Below are positions 50,636 to 63,303 of a DNA stretch of 64,000 nt, one piece after another. The notes under the pieces were generated by a model, which was not told the origin of the DNA, made no database searches, and saw nothing but the letters and a program-made list of their open reading frames with translations. Location: the NCBI RefSeq assembly GCF_963676685.1, contig NC_092355.1, positions 19,530,001 to 19,594,000 of the forward strand, read 5' to 3'. Made by a program: the position numbers and the translations under genes. The DNA comes from Mytilus edulis. Taxonomy: Eukaryota. Position 1 is the first letter of the stretch; each line of letters begins with the position of its first letter.

Positions 50636-51109
50636 GGTTACAAGAGCGCAATTATTCGTAATGCATTTTCCATAGGGTACCACTAGTGTTCCGTATTTTT
50701 TTTTCTCGAAGACTACACAAACTAGGGAAAAACGGGTGGCAGTTCCTTTTACTAGAAATGCCAGTGTTGCATTACAACTAACAAAAAATATAGGTTCATG
50801 CAGCTCAAATTGACTTAAAAAATTCAGTTGAAAAAGATCGTCTACTTTTTTCGCTGAATGAAAAAGGCATATTTTTAATGGCATCGACGTGCAGATATTG
50901 AAGATATTTTCTATACTTCGTAAAATGTGACTATGATTTTCGGCAATTTTTAAACCTAATTGGATAAGCTTTCGATTAAATGTAATTCCAATCCTGTATC
51001 AACCAATCAGAAGCCGTATAGCATTCTACTCTGAGTACCATCTTGGGGTAAAAAACGGGGTAAAAAACTTGACGGTAAAATGTAAACAAATAATTGCGCT
51101 CTTGTAACC
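50636..51109. mobile_element. MITE with 21-bp TIRs and 4-bp AACT TSD (Sola-like, tentative)
   Basis: ggttacaagagcgcaattatt ... aataattgcgctcttgtaacc, flanked by AACT on both sides. Confidence 0.8.
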
Positions 51110-51289
51110 AACTAGTTTAACACAGTTCATTAAGTCACATTAGATATAATTAACAAAGATAAATATTTACTTCTACAATTTAACGATTATACGAAATAAA
51201 TTTAGAAAATCACTTAAAGAAAACAGAGAAAATGTTTTCTCAAATGAGAGGTTAAATTAAATAAAGAAAATAGTTTCATACAAACATAA

Positions 51290-54200
51290 GGTCAGAAAAG
51301 ACTATCCTGCCTTTTCATGCTCACTAACAATTAGAAGACTGGGGAGAACTATTCACACAATAAAGAACCGTTTAAAACAAAAATGTGGTAATAAAAATTA
51401 AAAAATGAAAATAATAAAAAAAATATACTACGATAAAAGTTCAACACCATGACTGGCACATTTAAAACCTAGTGACACTTTATGTTTCCAGCACATTCCA
51501 AAAGGAAAATAAAACCAATAAAATGTCGTTAGATATCATAAAAGAGGGCCGAAAGATAACACGGGGACATTCAAACTCATAAATTTTAAACAAACTGACA
51601 ACGGCATTGCTAAAAAAGAAAAATACAAATAGTACACAAGACACAACAAAACTTAAGACTTAGCAACACGAAATCCACCAACAACTGGGTGTGCCCTGCA
51701 CTCATATGTCATCGAAACACCAGAAGGACACATAATAAAATTATTCATACGAAACAGAAAACATTTATTGTAAACAAAAGAAGACAAAATCGAACCAACA
51801 TCTCTAAAAGAAGTCAATGAAAACAATCACAAAGTGTTTCATATAGATGACACTGAAAATTGTCGAAATTCAGATGATACACTTCGGACTTTTGACAGTA
51901 TATCGTGTCTCGCAAAATAGGATTTTATGTGTGTTATAACAGATGACGCAAGCATGTATTCTAATTTCACAATTGGAAAATATCTGAAGTAGTAATCGAC
52001 AATAAGAAAGTAGATTTCTATAAGACGTTGATGTATTTGTATGATCATGTTCACGAAACACTCTTTATCATTTACCACTTCATTATTTGTGTTGATCTTT
52101 ATCGGCGCGCGTAATAACATGTCTGGAAATATAAAGCCCTTCCCTGGTATCACTTTAGTAAGAAGTCATATTTTTGTAACCTTAATAACATCCTTTGTAG
52201 CCGCGGCGGAGCACACCGTAGATATTTTCTCAGAACCATCTCTTTCTTTGTATGGTGTGTGGTCAGATTAAATATTTATGTGTCTACCATAATTCTGATT
52301 TTTTTAAATACTAAGGCTTTTCTACCTCAGGAATAGATTACCTTAGCTGTATTTGGTAAAACATTTAGGAATTTTTATCCTCAATGTTCTTCAACTTTAT
52401 TTTGTCTTTTTAACATTTTTGAAATTCGATCGTCACTGATGAGTCTTTAATACAAAAGTTAATCCTGGTATATATGATGAGTTAATTTACAACCACTGGG
52501 TAGATGCCACTGCTGGTGGAGTTTTAATTTCCCCGAGGTAATCACCGGCCCAGTAGTCAGCACTTTTGTGCTGACATAAATTATCATTGATATGGTCATA
52601 TTTATAAATTAACTGTTCACAAAATTTTGAATTTATGAAATACTGAGGCTTTTCTAAATCAGGAATATATTACCTTAACTGTATTTGACAAACTTAAGGA
52701 ATTTTGGTCCTCAATGCTCTTCAACTTCGTTCTTTATTTGGCCTTTTGAATTTTTTTGGATTCGAGCGTCACTGATGAGTCTTTTGTAGACGCAACGCGC
52801 GTCTGGCGTTCATACAAAATTTAATCCTGGTATCTATGATGAGTTTATTTATGTATAATCGATGCATCTTTCCAATCCTATGCACATCAAGCAATTCTCG
52901 TTCTATGTTGGCATATCAGCTTTCTGCATCTATCAGTGATCTTGATACATATGCAACAGGTTCATTGCCCCTAAACCGTATTTGGTGCATCAAAACTTAC
53001 AGTTTATGGTTATGGCACATCGTAGAAACTGAATACTGGATTAATGGGTATTATGTCTTTTAATTTCTCAAATGCTTGCTGTTTTTCATGTGTCCAAATG
53101 AATTTATTTTCTCCTTTCAATAACGTTCTTATATGCTCTGTAACAGCTGGTATATTTGAAACAAACTTTGATAAGTAATTAATGGTCCCTACTTTATCTG
53201 TTAAAGCCGGCATTTCTTTAATACTCCTTTTTTTTCCTGATCGCGCTTAGAGTGTATCCCCTCTTTTACTCGAAACGTGCATTTTTCGTCCAACCTCTCT
53301 ACATCTGGTAGGAACTGTGCAAAGTGTATCCTCATGTTCCTTTCGCGTTGTTACCCACACTTAAATATCAATTTCAGCTCCTTTTAAGTTTTCAAGTAGT
53401 TGCGACACTTGTTTTGGAATACTCCTTTAGCCGATTCAATTACAAAAGGGATTTGGAAGAAGCAAATTCTGCCGAATCAATAGTTAAACGTAGTAATGAG
53501 CTGGCTCACTTTATCCTGTTACTGTCAATATCCATTATTACTATCTAGTTTACTCAGAGATTAATACCCGTCAGTCGTGTGGTTATGTCCTCTATCATTG
53601 GTAGCGGAAATGTTCTTTTTTTATCGCTTTATTAAAATTTCTTAAATTTAAACAAATCCTAAACTTTCCTGTTCTTTGCTTTTCAGCAACAACCAAAGAA
53701 ATCGCCTAGTCTGTCGGTTCATCGACCTTTCAGATTACTCCTTTGTCTTCCATATCTTTTAAGGTACCTTTGAGCTTTACTCGAAGCGCGGCGGGTATCT
53801 TTCTAGGCCATTACAGGAATGATGCTGGCATCTTTTTTTTTTAATATGGTATGACTTTTCTAGACATCATACTCCTGTAAAGACTTTCAGAAACGCGTTT
53901 TGACAGGATCGTCAATGTCAAGGTATGTTTGTATCGTCATGATAACATGAATAAGACCCAACTGATTTGATGCTCTGAATCCTAAATGCGGAAATTTATT
54001 TGTATATCAAACATGTACCAACAACTTTGGTTTATCTCCTGAATAGCTAGTAAAAGAGGGATGAAAGATACCAAAGGGACAGTCAAACTCATCAATCGAA
54101 AATAAACTGACAACTTCCGATTCATATGAAGTATATTTAACACATTCGTGAATACTTTTCGAAAACCTTGATTTACAGAACTTCTGATAGTGATTCTGCT

Positions 54201-54480
54201 TTTTGCATTTATGACACTTTTTACTGTATGGGGAAGAGTTTCTTCTCTCATGTGTTTTTCCACATTTTCCACAACTAAAACTCGAGTTCGAGTCTCGCCT
54301 CTCATCATGCTCATGATCTCGTCTGCTCGGACCTTTCTTTGTGTTGCCTTCATTGTGGGTATTTCTTTAGTTTTGAGCTTTCCTACTTAATGTGTGTACG
54401 TTTTCATCTTCGTTTAACATTTTCATCTGTTTTCTCGATTCTTCGTCGGAACGACAAATACCAACAGCTTTGTCAAGTGT
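51290..54480 (-). mobile_element. Decayed Gypsy (Mag/K02A2.6-like) gag-pol remnant; integrase tail inverted
   Basis: Minus strand: CGKCGKTH..KKCHKCKKQNH knuckles, RKIPAALR, INYLSKFV..FIWTHEKQQAF, PVAYVSRSL, LIVDYYFRY. Plus strand about 51290-51800: YYDKSS, HSYVIETPEG, RNRKHL. Confidence 0.75.
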
Positions 54481-55164
54481 TTATCACCCATCGAGGGACG
54501 TTTCTGTAAATCCTGCTTCTACATCTCGAAAGCAGGGTCCATTGTCAATCATCACAATAGAAATTGTTTTAAATATAATGAATCCCTTTAACAATTATTA
54601 TAGTTTAAGTTATTAATCATACTCGTAACTTGTATATACATATTTTCTTCTTCTTCATTAGGTACACGATTGAATGCAGTTTTTCAAGGCTACCAGGATT
54701 ATTATTTAATACGCCAGACGCGCGATTTGTCTTCATAAGACTTATCAGTATTGCGCAGATCAAAATAAAGCGACTGCACTTTTAACTTCGATTAAAACAA
54801 TTCTGTCCGGTGAAACAAGCGTTTCAAAATTTTAATCCTGGTATCTATGATGTATTTATTATTTGTTTCATTTAACGATATCTATTCAATTTATATTGTT
54901 GGCATTCGTAATAATATTTTGTAAAATAAGTAAAATTCCACAAGAAATACATCAAATCAATATCGATAAATATGTCAAATATCAACATCAACATCAATGT
55001 ATTCTAAAAGTATTTACATCTCGACTAACAGACTCTGCCTTTGTTATTGAAACGAATAACGACCATGACATTAGCTGCAGAGATTTAGGTGTGTTTTAAC
55101 ATTATATAATATCCGCAAACGTACATGATAATTAACAACATATTACGTAGCAGATAATATTAAA

Positions 55165-56181
55165 ATGGCACAGTGTCCTGTTAACTCCTGTGAAATATGT
55201 GACAATTCTATTGGAAGAAGGTTTTGTATGGACTGTGAACAGCTTTTCTGTAAGTCATGTGAAATATCACATTTGAAAACTAAATCGTGCGTGAATCATG
55301 TATTTCAAGATGCTGATAAAGCCAACCCGGAAGTGAAAACACCTATTTGTAAACAACATGGAGAAAAGTATACTTATTACTGTAACACATGTTCATCATT
55401 GACTTGTAATATATGTTTGCCAACTACACATAATAAACACGATTTCTGTCTGATTGATGCTGCTGCTTCAAAAACGAGGTCAGTTTTGGATACAGAAGTG
55501 AAAGTAGCTGAAGACAGAATCAGGAGAGCTAAAGAGAAAGTAACCTCGTTTCGATTGAATCTCAAAAACTTTGAAGATGAAGTAGACAATACTAAAACAG
55601 ATATTGCGGAAAGGGTGGCTGTCATCACAAAAGCCCTTAACGACACAAAAGATTCTTACTTCAAGTCTATTGACGAGCACAAATCGAAAGAATCTAGTAA
55701 AATGAAAGATGAAATTAATAAGATTGAAAACACAATTGCTATTGAAAATGACATACAGTCACTGAATCAAATGAAAAGCTTGATTGATGGGCAAAATGAT
55801 ATTATACTTTTGGATTTATTCAGTGACTTTACAAAAACTTTGAAAGAATTAAGTCTCCTTGATATCTTTGATAAGGAATCAACAGCAAAAGCTAAGTTTT
55901 TTCCAGCTGCAGCGAAATCTGGGACAATAGAAAAACTTATTGGAAGTATTAAATTGGTAGAATTTAGTGGCGCCGAAGTTAAACCAAACATAAAAGTGGG
56001 TGATCGAGTTCGTGTGAAATCTAGTGTTAAGAAACCGACCTTAGGATGGGGACCTGGTGTCTCTCATAAAAGTATCGGCACGGTCGTTGACATACCATCT
56101 AATACCAGTGGACTGATACACATTAAATTCCCAAGTTACTCTTGCTGGGAAGGCTATATCAATGAAATGGAATTAGTATAA
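55165..56181 (+). CDS. RING-less TRIM-like protein, copy 5 (2 B-boxes, coiled coil, HERC2/KEG-like SH3 repeat)
   Basis: Intact 338-aa single exon; C-terminus IKVGDRVRVKSSVKKPTLGWG..HKSIG..IKFP..WEGYINEMELV. Confidence 0.9.
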   Translation: MAQCPVNSCEICDNSIGRRFCMDCEQLFCKSCEISHLKTKSCVNHVFQDADKANPEVKTPICKQHGEKYTYYCNTCSSLTCNICLPTTHNKHDFCLIDAAASKTRSVLDTEVKVAEDRIRRAKEKVTSFRLNLKNFEDEVDNTKTDIAERVAVITKALNDTKDSYFKSIDEHKSKESSKMKDEINKIENTIAIENDIQSLNQMKSLIDGQNDIILLDLFSDFTKTLKELSLLDIFDKESTAKAKFFPAAAKSGTIEKLIGSIKLVEFSGAEVKPNIKVGDRVRVKSSVKKPTLGWGPGVSHKSIGTVVDIPSNTSGLIHIKFPSYSCWEGYINEMELV

Positions 56182-57169
56182 ACTATAGTTTAATTTCCGA
56201 AAGAGACTTCTAGTATACAAAACAAAGCATAGCGAATATAATAATGATATATTTGAATAAATGTCGTATATTTTTTGACTGCATGTAAAAAAAAAATCAG
56301 TATTACAATAAACTCATCATTATATACCTGGATTCAAATTGTGTATGTGTGCCAGACGCGTGTCGTCTACAGAAGGCTCACCAGTGACGCTCAGCGTTTG
56401 TTTGTTATGCCTGATCTGAACGGCATCCATTTGATTTGTAGGATGTAAAAATATACAGTCACATCTGATCTGGTTAGAATGGGGACCATGACTGGTACAC
56501 CAATGTTCGAGATTATCTCTGTATGTAAAAGAACCCTTACAATGAGGGTTGTATGAACTGCCTTATCTGACCAGTGGCGGATCCAGAAATTTTCATAAGG
56601 GGGGCACACTGACTGCCTAAGAGGGGAACCGCTCCAGTCATGCCCTATATTATCAACCATTTTAGTCCCACAAAAAAAGGGGGGACCACTTAAACGCTCT
56701 AGTAATAGTAATGTTTTATCCTCAATGCTATTCATCTTCATAACTTGTCTGTCCTCCAACTATTTTATTTGAGGGTCACTATCGAGTCTATTATACACCA
56801 ATCAGGCTTCTGGCATACACAATTATAAATTTGGTTATTTTTTTAAATTGTATCATAGTTTTATTGAAGAAACAGTAACACTGGATTGCTGATCCAACAA
56901 ATTAATAATAAAATAATCAGACAATGGTAATAAAAAATGCCAATTATTGAATTAAATTTTGTTGTTTATGTAAACAGGTTTAATAGGGTCATGGTTTGAA
57001 TTGATATAGTATGATTTGTCTAACTTACACCTGAGTGTTCCAACACTCTGTTTTCACCAACACATTCTCGTGGTCCCAAAATATGCCTATCTTTGTAGAA
57101 AAACCTGTATTCCGACACCCTTAATCCGACATTTTTTCTGGTCCTACAGTGTGTCCGATAACACAGGTT

Positions 57170-58060
57170 ATAGTGTACAAATGATAAACAGCAAAACTGG
57201 ATTCACTCATTCTGTCAGTTTTTATAGACTTCCCTTTTTGTTACTTTATTGAAAAGTGTCATGGTTTTATTTGTTGCACTAATGATAAACAGTGTCATGG
57301 TTTTTATTTGTTACACTAATGATAAACAGTGTCATGGTTTTATTTGTTGCACTAATGATAAACAGTGTCATGGTTTTAATGTTACACTAATGATAGTGTC
57401 ATGGTTTTATTTGTTGCACTAATGATAAACAGTGTCATGTTTTTTTTTATTTGTTACACTAATGATAAACAGTGTCATGGTTTTATGTGTTGCACTAATG
57501 ATAAACAGCAAAACTGGATCAATCATTTTTTTCAGTTCTTATAGTCTTCCCTTTTTGTTACTTTATTGAACAGTGTCAAGGTTTTATTTGTTGCACTAAT
57601 GATAAACAGTGTCATGTTTTTTGTTTGTTACACTGATGATAAACAGTGTCATGGTTTTATTTGGTGCACAAATGATAAACAGCAAAACTGGATTCAATCA
57701 TTTTTTTCATTTCTTATAGTCTTCCATTTTTGTTACTTTATTGAACAGTGTCAAGGTTTTATTTGTTGCACTAATGATAACCAGTGTCATGGTTTTTTTT
57801 ATTTGTTACACTAATGATAAACAGTGTCATGGTTTTATTTGGTGCACAAATGATAAACAGCAAAACTGGATTCACTCATTTTTTTCAGTTCTTATAGTCT
57901 TCCCTTTTTGATACTTTATTGAAAAGTGTCATGGTTTTATTTGTTGCACTAATGATAAACAGTGTCATGGTTTTTATTTGTTACACTAATGATAAACAGT
58001 GTCATGGTTTTATTTGGTGCACAAATGATAAACAGCAAAACTGGATTCACTCATTTATTC
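57170..58060. repeat. Minisatellite: ~36-bp units organised into a higher-order repeat
   Basis: actaatgataaacagtgtcatggttttatttgttgc iterated, punctuated five times by aatgataaacagcaaaactgga... Confidence 0.9.
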
Positions 58061-60291
58061 TTTATAGCTTTTCTTTGCTGCTGATGATGATCATACAATA
58101 AATTTAATGTAAGTAAAATGTATACAAAACAGTTCTATAATAATAACAACAAAATTAAAATGCATGTGATATACCGATCTCTTGGGTTCTGAGAGATTTT
58201 TTAGCAAAACGTAAATAACATCATCTGGCTTAAAACTCCTAGAACACAAATGGCAGTAATGATATAAGTGAAAAGTAAATTAACATTACAACAGTCTCTG
58301 ATCCCTCAGAATAGATAAAAATCTGGTTCATTAAAATAAAGAATTTTGAGCGATTCATATTTTAAATATATTAAGCTATTTGTCAGTCCAATTTTCATGC
58401 TTAAGACAGATGTGTGGGTTATAGTTATTCAACCCTACAGGTTTTCACGTTCGCCTTTTTTAAGAACTTTAAAATTGTGCTGTATTTAGAAAGATGGTTT
58501 GTTTAAAAAAATATTTTAAAACAGATAATATGTTAATACTATAATAGCAATTCCAGACCAATGATTTTATTGCTTATGCTTATGGCAATCACCACTTTTT
58601 AGGGCATCTTCATGAATGAATTATATTTATTTTCTACAGGAATAAACAATATTCTATGTTAACTGTAATAATGCATTTCCTATTAACTTTTGTTGAAAAT
58701 TTAACTTCTTTTAAATGGCTTCTTATTCTGTATTTTAAGGGATTCGACCTACACAAACCAAAGGAGGTATCAGTTTCGAAGATTTTATTCATTTTCCCAT
58801 GAAAAAACTCCTACAGATGTATTTAGCTTTTATATCACAGAGTTTGAAATGTCAAATTTTTACTTAACTTCTAAAATTCAAATTAATTGCTTCATCTTTT
58901 ACAAGACCAATCAATAAACAGTTGACCAATAAAAAAAAGACACATTTTTGCCATCTTCTTTTGAGAAGATTCATCACAAATCATTCCGAAATGAAAATGT
59001 AATATAATAATGAATTCTCCAGGTCTCACACTTTGATCAAATTAAATACACACAAATTAGAAGCTATATACTCAATCATACACAATTAGACCATGATTCA
59101 CACTCTTCAAATATGACACTCATTTATGTTTCATTAACAGTCAACCAGCAAATTTGCTTCATTAGCAACTAATAAAAAAATATGAATTCTGGTGTGAAAA
59201 GGTGAAATTTGAGGTTGAAAATAAAAGTATTAAAATATTTCAAATGAGTTAGTAGATCTGCCAAAAGCTTCCATCTTTTTTTTTTTTTTTTGTATAATTG
59301 GTACTTGATTTTTTTCAAATAATAACACACTTTTTGTTGATTTGATTCAATATTAATTTTTTACAAAGTTTGTCTGAAAAAAAAAAGATTTCCCTTTTAA
59401 TATTTTCAACCTCATGTCAATGAATACATGAACAGAAAGAATCTGATAATTATAATACAAAATCTGCTGAAAATATACAATATTGCTTTTTAAGACCAAA
59501 TTATAAAAAAAAATGTTTCAAAGCAGCATATTTTTATGTTTAAATATTTTGGGATGAAATATATACATGTACTTGGTATAGTCAAGTAAGTCATTTTCAT
59601 TTGTCCAATATGTCCGTGCATTTTAGACATGGTGTTGAACCTATTTAATTTACAAACAAAATTTTCAGTCTGATTAATGTCTTCTGAAACACTTTCACAG
59701 AACTTTTTAAATAATAGCAGTTTATAAATCAAGAACACTTTCTGTAATCAGGTGTGTTTGAACACATGTTTTGAAGAACCATACAATTTTGAACAAATCA
59801 CTTTCTTACATCAAATTGAAGCATTTAATACAATGCTGAACTATAATTTGTTCATCATATACACCTATTTAGTTATAGATGAGGACATCAAATTCAAGAC
59901 AATGCTGAACTATAACTTGTTCATCATATACACCTATTTAGTTATAGATGAGAACATCAGATTCAAGACAATATTTAATGTTTTAATGGGAATGAATTAT
60001 AAATAAATGTTGACTTTTACTACATTTTGTGTAATTCCCAACTGAGTACAGTCAAAATCCTCATAAATTATATCAATATTATTCTGTTTTTAACAAATGC
60101 AAAACATATTCCTTAAATCTTTTAATAAAAGATATTTTTCTTATATCTATTGAAGTTTCTTTAACTGATATATGTAAAAAGCAATGAATTCAATATTTGT
60201 ACTTACAAATACAAGTGTTTACCCTACCACACAATCAACACTTCAGGTGTTGGTTTACTTATATTTTTACAGTTATAAATACAAGATTTAA

Positions 60292-60565
60292 GGTGGTACC
60301 TAACACTACAGGGAGATAACTCTGTAAAATCAGCTAAACGTTTTAATTATGTTGTGTTGTAAAGGGTATATTAAGCTTCTCATTGATCAAAATTGGTGTT
60401 TGTCAAATTGTTATATAACCAGTGTATTTTTTCTGACAAAACTGTTTTGTTCAAAAATTTTAAAATTTTTATATTTTTATTAAAGTCTCAAAGTAAATAC
60501 TTTGACAAAATTTTATGACAATTAAACGAGCCAAATTAATTTTAGTGAAAGTGTTGGGTACCACC
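60292..60565. mobile_element. MITE with TTAA TSD and GG..CC termini (Kolobok-type)
   Basis: TTAA ggtggtacctaacact ... agtgttgggtaccacc TTAA. Confidence 0.8.
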
Positions 60566-60941
60566 TTAAGTTTCCAAAATTCTAAATGATTCATTATTTT
60601 ACCAAAATCACCCAATTCATTGATATACAGACTCCCTCTGTAATTTTCTATTCTTCATATCTAAATCATAATAAAGCACATTTTCGTAAATATAAAAAAA
60701 ATATTTTAGTATGCCAAAGTCCTGTTCAAATTTCGACTCTGAATGCTTGTAGTATAAAATTTAAGATAAAATCCTGTTTCATCTATTTTGGTGTTAATCT
60801 CAAGATAATTGAGATTTTACATTGTAAAGAAAACCAAACTAATATTCAGGCAAAAAAGTCCAAATCAATATAAAATGGCAAATTAATTCTTTATGGGCTA
60901 ACATTCAACACTATTCACTGCATTGTCAATGTTCTTTCTCA

Positions 60942-61154
60942 TTATACAAAACCAAATGCTTTGGTTTTAATTGCTAATAACAGTTTACTTCGTAGAATAA
61001 TTTTTGATGAATATAACGGAATATAAAGTCTTGAAATGCATGTGTTAGCTGTTGGCAGGTGATCATCGTCTGCCGGGCGAAGTGTAATGCTAGGCATCGG
61101 TTGGAATCCCTCCTCACTGGCAGGCAATGCTGGGCTGGATGTCCAGAAATATAC
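60942..61154 (-). CDS. UBR5: UBR5 HECT E3 ligase, last coding exon (contains the catalytic Cys)
   Basis: [62 protein letters not shown]; acceptor ttgcag. Confidence 0.95.
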   Translation of the reverse strand, partial: VYFWTSSPALPASEEGFQPMPSITLRPADDDHLPTANTCISRLYIPLYSSKIILRSKLLLAIKTKAFGFV

Positions 61155-61634
61155 CTGCAATAGAGAGTATAAATTAAATTTCAGTTCAAAAAACACATCA
61201 TTAAGTTATCTTAGAATTAAGATATCCCCAAATTTTTCCAAGTCACATTTCTCTGATAAGCAATACCATCTTTTTTGTATCCAGTATACATTTGATATGT
61301 GCCTGTAATTCACTGGTTGTCTTTCATATTTCTTTATTATTTAATGTTATGTACACAAATCAGCCAGTTAGTTTTCTCATTTGAATTGTTATAAATATAT
61401 TTGTCATTTCAGGGTCTTTTAAAACATACTATGCTTTGAAGGTTTTTCTCATTGTTGAAGACTGTATTGTGACCAGTAGTTACTTTCTTCTATCATATAG
61501 TCTCTGGTGGAAAGTTGTTTTTTTTATTTGCATTCTTACCACATTTTCTTATTTTGATAAACTTATGCACATCTCCCTGATTTTATATCTTGTGTATATA
61601 ATTGATAACAGTTTTAGACTGAAGATAATCTTAC

Positions 61635-61720
61635 CAAATCTTGTCTTTCTTGATTATTCATTTTTTCCACAACAGACCACAGCCATCTTTTGAATCTCTG
61701 TACCTTATCATTACCTTCAC
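61635..61720 (-). CDS. UBR5: UBR5 exon
   Basis: (G)[28 protein letters not shown]; AG and GTAAG boundaries; phase matches neighbours. Confidence 0.92.
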
Positions 61721-61914
61721 CTGTTATAATATTGAAGAAAAAAATCATATATCAAAAAGCTATAGAAAGCTTATTCTACAACAATTTTTATAATTTAATT
61801 CTGTACAATATTGGACAATACATATGAGTTTATCCCTCTAAATACCAGTTATATCTACTGTAAAATTATTGTGAATCCCTGACACCTAGCAAAAATGCAA
61901 AATCTAAGTATTGG

Positions 61915-62150
61915 GAATGAATGATAAATGAATCCACAGTACTGTAACATTTTTTATATAACGTCTTTTCTTTTACCAATACAACATTTTCGTATCGCGA
62001 ATGAATGATAAATGAATCCAACGTACTGTAACATTTTTTTTATAACATCTTTTCTTTTACCAATACAACATTTTCGTATCGCAAATGAATGATAAATGAA
62101 TCCAACGTACTGTAACATTTTTTATATAACATCTTTTCTTTTACGAATAT
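61915..62150. repeat. Intronic tandem repeat, ~88 bp x ~2.6
   Basis: gaatgaatgataaatgaatcca..tactgtaacattttttt repeated. Confidence 0.85.
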
Positions 62151-62162
62151 AAATACACTAAC

Positions 62163-62307
62163 CACTCTCATCATTAAATGATGTGTAACTAATCAGAGTC
62201 TGTACATTGATATCTCCCACACCATTTAGTAACAATCGTAAATCTTCTGACGTCAGTCCTTCTAAGTTAGCCGCAGGTATAACATCAAACACACCCTGTT
62301 GTAAACT
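62163..62307 (-). CDS. UBR5: UBR5 exon
   Basis: [48 protein letters not shown](G); ttttcag and gttagt boundaries. Confidence 0.92.
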
Positions 62308-62495
62308 CTGAAAACAAATAAGTTATCAAAATGAGAAAATGAAGTGTGTTTGCCAATGAGATAATTCTAAACCAGATATCGAACGACATAAAAGTTACAA
62401 GAACTTATATCTTGTCAAAATACAAAAAAAACATTCCCCCCCCCCCTTACAGACCCTCATATATCTCTAATTAGCATATCTTAGTTTGGACCTAC

Positions 62496-62621
62496 CTTAA
62501 GAGCTTTCTCAGCAACTTTGACCATCCTAAGTTCAGCATATCTTCTAACATAATCATGTACATTCTGAGCATTAACCTCTATATCAGCACCACCGGGAAT
62601 TAGTTCTACTGACTCGCCACC
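62496..62621 (-). CDS. UBR5: UBR5 exon
   Basis: GGESVELIPGGADIEVNAQNVHDYVRRYAELRMVKVAEKALK; aacag and gtaggt boundaries. Confidence 0.92.
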
Positions 62622-63197
62622 CTGTTATCAACAAAGTACACAATTATTCTTCGTCTATCTCATACATGTGATTTAAACTCTTGAATCAAAATTGATAGGT
62701 AAAAAACTATAACTTAAAGGTATGAAAGTCATATGGAAAAAACAAAGCTGAAACTCCTCCATGAAAACTATTTACTACATCACTTTTTGTTTGTCTTTTT
62801 GTTTCCATAGAGATAAATCTTTAATTTTGATAATGTCACAAACGATGAAAATTTTGCACTCTAACTAAATTTGTGCAACCAGTCAAAATGATTTTTTTTT
62901 TTCAAACTGTTTCTTTTCACAACTTAAATGTTTTGTATTGGTAAAGAATTTGGTGCTGTTATGAAATTTTCGTAGACTGTTCTCAATTCATTCACAACTT
63001 ATTGTGATTTAGAGCTTATGGGGTTTCAAGTTTTACATATTGTATGGATACTTATTGCTTTGTTGAAGACCATGTGTCTACCACTAAATATTTTTTAGTA
63101 CTGTTGGGTAGCTGTCTTGTTAACATATACCTACAACTCCACTTGAAACAAATCTTCTTTTCATGTGTGCCTTATCATGAAAATCATTTTTTTGTGT

Positions 63198-63231
<34 letters not shown>

Positions 63232-63303
63232 ATTGTAATTATCCTATTTCCTGCAGTGGAAAATCAAATGTTTGTAGTCTTCATTAACATATAAATTTCT
63301 TAC

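Noticed and set aside
3929-55991. Antisense ORFs over the B-box genes, gag/pol and L1 ORF2 (e.g. 3929-4330, 18378-18719, 32666-33178, 55377-55646)
   Set aside because: Shadow ORFs of coding strands with no recognisable motifs.
57170-58060. CRISPR-like array of ~36-bp repeats
   Set aside because: Units are contiguous with no unique spacers, there are no cas genes, and the context is eukaryotic. It is a minisatellite.
55165-61154. Direct functional coupling of the B-box proteins to UBR5 (supplying the missing E3 activity)
   Set aside because: Adjacency in animal genomes is weak evidence. It is kept only as a hypothesis, not as a claim.
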